The notes under the pieces: model-generated
Told to the model about the DNA's origin: nothing
Seen by the model: the letters and a program-made list of their open reading frames with translations, nothing else
Databases searched by the model: none
Made by a program: the position numbers and the translations under genes
Assembly: GCA_026023565.1 (NCBI GenBank)
Contig: JAPETS010000007.1
Location: forward strand, 496,001 to 560,000
Reading direction: 5' to 3'
Source: Cirrosporium novae-zelandiae
Lineage: Eukaryota
Length of the DNA: 64,000 nucleotides
Part shown: piece by piece, positions 52,901-64,000 of the stretch
Numbering within the stretch: position 1 is the first letter of the stretch
Layout: every line of letters starts with the position of its first letter

Positions 52901-53772
52901 CCTAATTCTTGGGCAAACTGCCTACCTTCTGGGGTAAGAGCTGTGTTCGTAGCAGATTGGAAGGCGTCCTTGGAGTTTTGTGTCTTCTTAAAATGCTGGT
53001 ATAGACTTTCAAATGAGGGAAGTGTTTCAGTGTTTTTTGGCTTTTTTGGCGGAACCTTAGGTGGGTCAGAGGATAGAAAACGGCGGTAACGGTCATCCAT
53101 GAGCTCTTTCCCCATTTCCAATCTTCTTGCAATTCCATCTGCTGGGTCAATCCCTATATTAAGATCAGGTAGCACATTGGCACCCGCGTCCACAAAAGAC
53201 ATTTGGTCAATAGGCAGTTGACGATCAACTTTCTCTTCGGATATTTTTTGGGGCGATATGGTGCCAGAGATGACTTCAAGGGAAGAAGTACGTTCCTTTG
53301 GATAAGCCTGATCTCGATTGCTCCGTTCTATGTTTCTCCATAAATCAACCACCGAGCTCCGCCGTTTGATATCGAAGATGTGCAGGGGTACTTCGACCAG
53401 GGATTGCTGAGGATCAGAATCGTGAGGTTTCGGTCGAGTTGGAGGAAGCGGAGATTCATCTAGCCGTTGAGATAGCTCCAAGGCGGATCCAGCCTAGAAT
53501 ATAGCGTCAATTATGAACAGCAACGATAAGGTAGGGGGTAATCATACAACGACGAGCTCTCCATCGTCAGGATCCAGATATCTCAAAGACGCTTCAGGAT
53601 GGTCGGAAACAGTACGCTCATATTCGTTGGATGGAATCATAACCTTGGGGCAGCCGTGGGATGAAGGACTAGAGGGTCGGCCTGACCAGCCTCCAGACTT
53701 ACGAGCAGTTTCTTCGTCATATAAGTTTCGAACTCGGAAAAGAGCCAACATGTCGCTGTTATTCTGGTCCAT
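49915..53772 (-). CDS. Large disordered protein with PB1-like N-terminus and UBA-like C-terminus (1 intron)
   Basis: Exon 1 from ATG 53772 (..LRYLDPDDGELVV) spliced via ~53545-53495 to VGSALELSQRLDE; C-terminus CISDLISLGY..RLSLYAAASNGDLGEAIDMIEEE. Confidence 0.75.
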
Positions 53773-54773
53773 GGCTCCTTCCTTGTTAAGATGACGGTGC
53801 GTGCTTGGGTAAGATGGCTGTTTGATGGACCGAAAATCAGGAGTAGCCCCAGAATGAGCGATGTATAGCTGAACTGAATTCAAGAGAACATTTATAAATT
53901 CTAGAATCGGGAGTTTGAGGGATGTTGGGGAAATGAGACGAGAAGATAGATATATTGCGAGACGTGGGCTAGGCAGCCAAGTTAGGACAGACACGACAGG
54001 GTAAGAGTTTTTGGGCTGACGAGACAAGGCTGGCGAATAAGATTTTACTTGTGAATTATCTGTCAAGGCAGAAATAAATGAAGAACTAAAAATGATAATA
54101 CAAAGTAGAAAAACGTATTCAGGATGTTCAGAGTAATGTGGAACGTACAGAGTAATACAATCGTCTATGAGCTCAAGCGTCAAGCGGGGCTCCATCAGTT
54201 CCCATCTGCACAACAGCCATAAACGCCGCTACTGTGGCGTATGCTATGGGGGTGGCTTTAAGTAGGAACATTCCGCGCCTAGATTAGATAGTATAATTAC
54301 ATAGATAGCGATATTTCCCCCGACCTTCCCGAATTCAATCACCGAGGTCGGTGTCGGCGATGGATGAGAGATGGAAAGTCAAAGTCCGAAGACATCCGCG
54401 CCCCGCCAGCCAAATAGACTCCACTCATCCATCCGTCAACTCGTTAAAAGAAGCTGAAATTTATCAGCTAATTATATCCTTTATCCTTTGGTGGGATAGT
54501 CAGAACGCATTGAACTGTTAATTACTTCGCGTCTTCGAATATGCTGATCAGTCCAACGTCATCCTTTCGTCCCTTTACCTTCCGGTCGGGTGGAGGTGGC
54601 TTAAAATCATTTTCGTCCAAAAGCAAAGAAGAAAATGGAGATGCTTCCTCACACAGTCCATTCTTAAATAAATCTCTTATCTTCTCTCATTTTTACACGT
54701 GAAGGAGCATGTGCAATTCTTCTTTTCTATAAATTCTTAACTTCTTGTACCATAATACATTATATATTATCAA

Positions 54774-56668
54774 ATGGCTTCATTACTCTCGAAACGGCAG
54801 CTTCGCCAGCTCCCGTCCTCCCTTGTTAATAAATTTTCAATATCGGGTGTAGCATCACCATTATCACTAAACCCCAGATCTCTTATATCCGGAATACAGA
54901 AACGAACCATTGCTTCAGCTGACATCGATGCCACCAAAGGTGACAGGGAGCGGGTCGTGGTGCTGGGAAGCGGCTGGGGAGGTATGCATAACTAATTTAA
55001 ACCTCATCTAACCTAGCTAACCAGCTCTGCTTTGCTCTTAGGTCATGTTTTTGCGCGCAATCTCAATCCAAAGAAATACCAAGCTGTGGTTGTGTCTCCT
55101 CGTTCCTATTTCGCATTCACACCACTCCTCAGTGATGCCTGTGTTGGTAATTTGGATTTCAATGCCACAATTGAACCTATCCGAAATAAACGCAGCAATG
55201 CCGAATTCTTTCAAGCATGGGCAGACGATTTGGACCTGAAACATAAGCGTTTAACAATTGAAGAAAATATTCTTGATCCCCGAAGTACCAGTGCGCTAAT
55301 CACCGATCGATTCGAAGGATTAAGTCCGGATAGGGTACAACTTGAACGCAAGCACAAGAAAAAGCAGGGGCAATTATTCGATATTACATATGATAAATTG
55401 GTTATAGCTGTGGGCTGCTATGCCCAGACTTTCGGTACCAAAGGTGTCAAGGAATTTGCCTTCTTCCTCAAAGATGTTGGTGATGCACGAAAGATTCGCC
55501 GCCGTGTATTCGAAGCTTTTGAAATAGCCGCCCTCCCAACCACGTCCAATGAAATGCGAAAGGCGCTTTTACATTTCGTGGCAGTAGGCGGTGGACCCAT
55601 TGGTATGGAATTTGCCGGAAATCTTTCTGATCTCATATCCCAAGACCTCTTGAAAATCTACCCCTTCCTTGAGCCATTCGTTAGAATAACCGTCTATGAT
55701 GTCGCCCCCAAAGTGCTCAGCATGTTCGATGAATCCCTGGGCGAATACGCCATGAAAATCTATAAACGTCAAGGTATCAACATTCGTACTTCTCACCATG
55801 TAGAAGAGCTTCGACCTGGTCTTCCCAACGAGCCTGGTGAAAACATCACTGGGGTTCTCACAATCAAAACGAAGGAGGAAGGTGAAATTGGTACTGGCAT
55901 GTGCGTCTGGGCCACCGGCAATAAGGCCAATCCTTTTGTCAGAGCACAGCTTGAGAAACCTCTCACCCACGCAGAATTCCCTTACAAAACAGCCGAACTC
56001 ATTAAGGGGCATCATCACGAGCACACAAAGGAGGAGAATGAAGTATGGAAATTGAAACAGGATCCGAAGACAAGATACATGATGGTCGATCCATACTTGC
56101 GAGTCAAGATGCAGACCCAAGCGACAGAAAAAGGCGGGGAAAGGCAAAGCGAGGCTGTATTGAGTGATGTTTTCGCGCTAGGCGATTGTGCCATCAGGGA
56201 GAAGGATCCTCTGCCCGCGTTGGCACAAGTAGCAAGTACGCATTCCCTTAACCTAACTATCTCCAGGCAAATCATTTTCAAAAATATCCTGCTAACCTCC
56301 CACAGACCAACAAGCCATCTGGCTAGCCAAACATCTTAACCGCCTGACACACACAACCTATAGCCGAACTGGATATGGCAAGCCCTTTGAATTCCGAAGC
56401 AAAGGCGTTACAACGTATATTGGTTCTCAGAGGGGGTTGTTCCAGAGTGCTGGAGGAGGCAAGATGGAAGGTCGGAAAGCGTGGCTCGCTTGGAAAGGAA
56501 CTTACATTTATCTGAGTTTGAGTTGGCGGAGAAGATTGATGGTGGCTAGTTATTGGTAAGTTTGGTCCCTCCCTAGGGAGAAAGAAGTTTAAGAGAAAAG
56601 GAAAAGCAAGGCTAACCTGATATAGGATTCTGAACGCGATTTGGGGACGTGATGTGTCAAGGTACTAG
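54774..56668 (+). CDS. Mitochondrial type II (alternative) NADH:ubiquinone oxidoreductase-like protein (3 introns)
   Basis: Presequence-like N-terminus; VVVLGSGWGG, FTPLL, YDKLVIAVG, VGGGPIGMEFA and VFALGDC..LPALAQVA motifs; ends WGRDVSRY*. Confidence 0.93.
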
Positions 56669-58267
56669 CAGAACCGGGAGGGTCCAAACTCTGAAACTAT
56701 TGGGTCTAGATGTCTAGATGTGTCCATACATTTTGCGTATATGTATACTATCTAAGAATTGTTTGCTTTAATTGCGCAATAGACAGCGAGGAGCATTCGG
56801 AGGCTGATATTTGGATTTTGTCTAGCTACAAACAATGAATAACAATTACAATGATAGCAAGTTATAAAATAACCCATCACTACAATATCCCATAAAAAGG
56901 GGGATCCCCATCTCAGCATCTACATATCTGCTAAATACGGTCAATCAGCCCAACACCAAGACCTAAAAAATGTATATGCTCACGTATATAAAACAAACAG
57001 ACACACACAGTCATATGCCTCTCTCCCTACCCTCGTCAATTTACTCAAAGAAAAAACCTTTTACATCTTGCCTCGCGTCACTTTTTTTCTTCGCAACACA
57101 ACACCAAGCTCAATCCCGAATTTCCCCGATCTCCGACATCATACCTTATATTAGGATCGGGTCAACTCGGAACAATGTTTTCTTTCCGTAGAATAAAGTA
57201 CATGACTGCCATTTAATTACACTAGATTGGACCGAATAGCCGAGGGTACTTTTCCATCTGCGTGCATGCGAGCGTGTGGTGAATATATTTCCAAAATAAA
57301 AAGAGCCAAGATTAAATAACAAACTAAAAATCATCAACGATACTTTTATATAATAAAATAAGGCTTTAGTTTAGTTGTTTACATGTCACTACGGGTTACT
57401 GGAGCGAGCTACATCCGCCTCAAGCATCTACAAGTGACCAATCATGTGACCAGGTGACAGATCTCAGTCATCAATATTTTTTCCTGGCCATCATAACAGT
57501 AATATTAAGTTAATCTTTTTTTGTTGGATAGGCCAATATCCATGCCCGATAGCTAGTAAATTATAACAAATAGTCCCTTAAGCGATTACGGAATTACCAT
57601 TTTCCGCACCGCTATCTATACTCGAAAAGTAATACACGTAAATATAGAAAATATACATTACTTATACTAGGGGATTCATAAAATCCATGTTGATAGTATC
57701 CTCTGATCAATACCATCTCCCGCAATCCATCATCTTCAATTATCATACTTCATTATAGAGGAATTTGAGGAATCTAAACGTGGCATTTAGCCACATAACC
57801 ATTTTAGGTATGGCTATAATTGCAAGACTTGGTCGATTCCACTGACCAATATTGGCAATGGAGACGTATTATGTTATATTAGTGGAGAATTATTAAGACT
57901 CTGACCATACTGCCTTAGAATATAGATCTCACAGTCTCCAGACTGAAGTGATACACGGTTTAGTTCATGCGAGAGATGTTTTCTTTTCAAGACCTAAGTT
58001 TTCAAGCTAAGTTCGACTTGGAACTAGATACACCCTCCCTAGTGTATATTTTATGATATTTAACCAGCCCATCTGTCTCGCTCTCAAGCACTACACGTCC
58101 TTGATTTTGAATGCTAGTCTAGAGAAGAAGAGCGCCTCTCCCTAAACTGCTACCTTGTGGTCGGTATCCTCCAAGCCTAGGCATTGCTGCTCCAATGCAC
58201 ACTTTCATATAGTGGAGTCATAAAATATTTTTTTATATCCGTCCAACAACCCATAAACTATAACGAA

Positions 58268-59053
58268 ATGCAACCGGAAGAGACATCCTCCACCGAATGC
58301 CTTCTGAGAAAGCAGCCCCTGTCATCAGTTTCACAAAAGTGCAAATCATTTTCGCCCGACCCTTCACCGCTCGGAAACTTCTCAAAGCTATCTCCTGAGA
58401 TTCGCTGCATGATATGGGGATTCTGCAGACCAGAGAGGGTACAGGTGCTTGGCCCAAATCATGCAGGTACTCTCTGGGAAAACGTAGAAGGCCTATTTCG
58501 AAACCTTAAGACACACCGCCGTAAGCGAACCACGCTTGCCATTCTTCGCACCAGCAAACACATATATGCTGAGGCCAGTGTGGGGATATACCGCCAAGTT
58601 ACCCTGTTGTTCCATCCATCGGGGTTGTTTGGTAAGGATGTTCGATATGGCGCCTTTCCATTGAGCAAGTTTGAGCGAGTACTTATCCAACTCCGTCTCT
58701 CATATTATCCATTCTACTTGAAGAATAACTATGATCGGTGGATCGCCCCTGATGTTTTTCGAAGTATCCATTATGCCCATCGATGGGGTCCAGCAAGAAA
58801 TCTCACCGTTGTGGAATTTCTGGTGATCAGCCGTGGGACCAAAGTGCCAGAAATAAGGACAACACTCGTTTTAGACGGTCTTGTGGCGTCATGGTGTGTG
58901 GATCTTGGGGTTTCAACATGGAGAAAGCCGCCTAATAAACAGCCTTGCAGAGAGAAAATAGTGACATGGGAATTCAAGCCGAAGGACATCCTACACGACA
59001 TGGTAGTCATTTCTGGAAAGCAGCGAGTGATCGATTTGGGGCCCCTTGATTGA
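58268..59053 (+). CDS. Hypothetical protein with an F-box-like/2EXR-like N-terminal motif
   Basis: FSKLSPEIRCMIW and ILRTSKHIYAEA..IY motifs typical of this fungal family. Confidence 0.6.
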   Translation: MQPEETSSTECLLRKQPLSSVSQKCKSFSPDPSPLGNFSKLSPEIRCMIWGFCRPERVQVLGPNHAGTLWENVEGLFRNLKTHRRKRTTLAILRTSKHIYAEASVGIYRQVTLLFHPSGLFGKDVRYGAFPLSKFERVLIQLRLSYYPFYLKNNYDRWIAPDVFRSIHYAHRWGPARNLTVVEFLVISRGTKVPEIRTTLVLDGLVASWCVDLGVSTWRKPPNKQPCREKIVTWEFKPKDILHDMVVISGKQRVIDLGPLD

Positions 59054-59091
59054 TAGGGTGTATGGAACGACGGAGATACGACGCTCAACTT

Positions 59092-59960
59092 CTATGGTTT
59101 TATATGATGGTTTAACAATCCTGGGATTAATCTTAGTATTGAGCTGTAAAAACTCCACAACTGATCCAACGAACCGAGTACAATATTAAAAGGTTGAACT
59201 AAAGCAGTTCCACCGTCCCATACCCTATCAGGTTTCCTACGTTTTTGTTCAACTTCTTGATAGGACCCACCAACTCTAAAAGCGATTCTGTTGCGCTCTT
59301 CAAGATGTTTGTCCGGCCCATTAGTATGCCATCTATGGGTAACCTTCATCGATGGCCTCGAGGTATATTTCGAGTACCTTGAGGTTTTCATAACTTAACA
59401 GTCCAGCCGGACACTGCTTTCCTTCACAAATATTTGCACGATTCAAATGCACCGAGGGTCTTTGCATGTATCGTCCCTAAGATGTGGTACCAAGTGAGAA
59501 TATGGTGTAATGGAATAAAAATAGAGAGCGAATTCTCTTTGAAGAATATATCTGCTGCTTCCTCGGCTATTTGTTGTGTGGAATATTTGTGGTCCAGGAA
59601 TTTCACGTTGTATTTGAGAAGCTAGACCTTATCTACGTACCGATAGGTCCCCAATGAGGATTAGAATTCGTTGCTTCACAGCCAAGTGATATACCATATC
59701 GCGAATCTCTCGAGGTAGTTTTAAATAGGACGTTCTCCTAGATAACTTTGTCGAAGGTGCCGAATAGTCGCTCATTATGGATCCTAGAATGTTTCCGAGC
59801 TAAATTTCCGAGCCCATAATTGTAGTGCTTACAACAAAGACATATGCCAACCGGAACTGTCAGGAAACTCTTCAGAATTCCATATGCGCATTTCAGTCTG
59901 AAGTGAACATTTGCTTTTATGTATGAGATTCCGTGCATACATTTCAGCATAATCATATCT
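59092..59960 (-). pseudogene. Possible degenerate relic of a related F-box-associated hypothetical gene
   Basis: Three short minus-strand ORF fragments; one has QIAEEAADIFFKENSL, resembling the EA..IFY..N motif. Confidence 0.3.
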
Positions 59961-60549
59961 AGCTATCAACTTACTTGAGGTTATATATAGTATGGCCTAT
60001 GGAAGGGTGGCAAAGTCCGAGTAGTGAAGCCTTGTTAATGATAGCAAACAGCTGGAGATTGATGACGAATGCTGAAGAAAAGACAGTCGGGCTTGCAATT
60101 ATATAGTCGATATATTCAAGGAGAAGAAAAGAAAGGATATGAATGATCTTGATGAAGGGATCAGGTGAACGGAATATCTCGCCCCATGCTGTAACAAGAA
60201 TAGAAAGTCAAACATTACCGTCATAGAATCCATACTGTCGAAGGCTGGGAATGAAAGTCAAGGATCTGATTGAGTGGAATCCTGCATAATAATTAATTAT
60301 ATTCCAATGGCGGTCATGTCCATTGTCCTGTATGTAGGAATCTCTTTGTTCCCCGGAGATGTAATATAAGCGTTTGAAGACGATGTTACTGTATGGTATC
60401 GCCGCCTTGAGTGTGCTGCCTTAATTACTAGCGTTACTAAATAGCTTAGCTTATCACTAGGCCCACTAGACCCCATCTACCACCCTATACCTTACAGCTT
60501 ACTTACAGTACCACAACGTTATAGAGTAGTCGATATCATCATCATCATT

Positions 60550-62092
60550 ATGGCCGGTTATCGCTTTAAATCCAAAGCTATTCCTCCACCTCGACAGAAA
60601 TCTTGTAATGCCTGCATACAAGCTAAACGTCGCTGCGATCTGCAGATTCCAACATGTTCACGATGCACCAAACGAAACTTGACCTGCAATTATCTTTATC
60701 CTCCAGAACGACCACGAAGCCTCACTAAAGAACCACCCCAAAATACATCAATTCTAGCATCTCCAGAATTGACCCGTGTGGATTTGCCCAATCCAACCGA
60801 GTTGAAACCTTCATCCCAACCATTCAACTTTAATATGGATCTCGGCCTCGAGAATGCGCCTACAGCATTCAATCCTTTTGATTCGTTCTCTACTATGTTC
60901 CAGACTAGTTGGCAAGATGGCCCAAAGTCCTTGACACCCAGAGTTCCAAACACATATCCGTTGAACCTTTTTGAGAACCAGAATCCGGATATCTCCTTTG
61001 TAGAGAGCCCCGACAGACTGGATGCCCTTCTACGAGACAATGGAATCCCTATTGGGAAGTCATTGGAGCCTAGAGTGACAGCGACAACTGCACCACCAGT
61101 AGAACTACTTGAAGGGATAGCTGTGTCTACATCTACCCCTTACGGGCCTATAGAGGAATATTTCACAGATGCTACGTCTCGAGTGAACTATAGTACAGAG
61201 GTTATCAAAGCAATACCTTCCCTTTTAGTGAAGAAAAATCAAACCGAGTGGATGCATCCTGTGTTGTATGTTGCCCAGAAATAAACAGTTATGACATACT
61301 TTTGCCGTGCTGATGTCTATCTACACAGATATAAAAGTTATATGCCACCTTCAATACGAGGTAAATGGCCAACTCAACAAAGGCCTCTCCCATATTTATC
61401 AAACTAATACATTTCGGTCAGATGCTCAGGCTGCATGTTCTCTTTATGTGAACAAAAACTCCGAAAATGAAGCCAGTGTATTCCGTTTTATTGATATCAA
61501 AGTTAATGAACTGGTTGCCTCCGAATTCCCACACATACCAATTGATATGCTCGCGCGTGTTCAAGCAATACTCCTTTACCAGATTATTCGTCTTCATGAT
61601 GGTAACATCCGACAGAGAGCTAACGGGGAAGCTCAAAATCAATTACTGCTTGAATGGGCTCACGACTTACATAAGTTTATAACAAGACAAGATATCGAGA
61701 GCAGTTCATCTCCTGATAATCCAACCTCAATACCACAATCTTTAGAATCCTGGGCATTGTTTGAGTCGGCACGTCGAACAAGCCTATTCTGTTCCTTTTT
61801 CTTGAGCCAATATAACATCTTAAAGTTCGGCCATTGCGACCAGGACCTATGTCCTTTTGCCAACTCGACTTGGACTGCCTCCGCTCATTTGTGGAATGCC
61901 CAAACCACCTTTGACTTTAAGATAGCATGGAATAATCATCCACGTTTTGTGGTGAAGGATCTTAACATAAAAGACTTCCTGGAAAATGCAAAGGCTGATG
62001 ATGTCGACGGTTATACCAAACTCATAATGGTGACCTGCATTGGCACAGATAACGTTAAAGAGTGGCTACTTGAAAAGGGCGGTATGTTTTAA
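60550..62092 (+). CDS. Zn(II)2Cys6 transcription factor (2 introns)
   Basis: SCNACIQAKRRCDLQIPTCSRCTKRNLTCNY; LARVQAILLYQIIRL, W...ESARRT and HLWNA motifs; small internal exon ~61329-61360. Confidence 0.93.
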
Positions 62093-62879
62093 CAATTATC
62101 ATTCTTCTAATACCCAAGAAATATGATCTTTTAGGGCGCAATAGATCTTTATAAAACGCTATCTGATAGCAAGATCTGGACTTTGATTTCATATTCACTA
62201 TAACTATCCTCTGCAAGCCCCCGTTAAAGACTTAGCTAGAGGTTTATTTACCACCATGGGAAGGTATCTTCGGGCATTGCCGTCCACTCTCACTTCTTGT
62301 TGTGACCCCACAAGCCACGAACGCCTTACTACATATAAAAACTCGTACAAATAGCCCTTCCACTAGCTCAGTGAGCTGGTTCCCCACAATTTCGCTCTAG
62401 GCAGAAGTAGTCCATGGCAGCATACGGTTACTGCGGTATTATAACACATGTAGATGTAGATAGGCACGTGATAGGCTTGCAGAAAGTCGCATATAACTCT
62501 CGCTAAACTTGGTTTATGCACTCAGTTATGCCCACATATGACAGAGTTCTATCCAATCGCTAACTTTCCTGCCGGCCACAGTTTTCCGATGGAGAAACCC
62601 TTCAACACTGGAATTTCCCGTCGGAGTCTACATGTGGCCTAGATAATGAACAATAGACTTACCATTCCACTTGATATCTGAGCCTGCTATAAAAACCCTT
62701 AAATAGATTGATGGCTACTTATTTGTGTTTGATAAACTCTTCTTGCAGTTTACCATTTGTTGTTTTGTCAGCATTTCAACCTTAGCTATTCTTATATCTA
62801 TACCGGGGACTTCTCAACAGTCAATTTTGTCAGTGGGACTAGAATCTCTAGTCGTTTCGTTGTCGCAAATACTTCAGCC

Positions 62880-64000
<1,121 letters not shown>

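Overview
Eukaryotic genomic DNA from a filamentous ascomycete (Pezizomycotina-type genes, short GT-AG introns). Bases 1-~4018 are an extremely AT-rich, RIP-eroded repeat block with an ~850-bp tandem duplication. Next is an accessory zone (4-24 kb): a truncated LaeA-like methyltransferase pseudogene, an intact GT25 glycosyltransferase, an arylsulfatase pseudogene, an MFS transporter, a DUF2264 protein, a PTH11/SAT4-like membrane protein and an O-methyltransferase. From 24 kb the genes are mostly housekeeping: Spt10-like acetyltransferase, conserved hypotheticals, DUF6594 protein, arginase, GatB/Pet112, a decayed Na+/H+ antiporter head-to-head with an intact ENA Na+-ATPase, a PB1-like/UBA-like protein, type II NADH dehydrogenase, a Zn2Cys6 factor and a partial dialkylglycine-decarboxylase-like aminotransferase. 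The most interesting observations are: (1) a ~170-nt rod-like RNA hairpin filling an oversized O-methyltransferase intron and hiding extra splice donors; (2) a hypothetical protein with BRD7/Rsc58-like motifs; (3) a p62/NBR1-like architecture; (4) a small Cys-rich gene split by one homopolymer base. All family calls come from motif recognition by eye. No searches or folding programs were run, and exon boundaries are manual.
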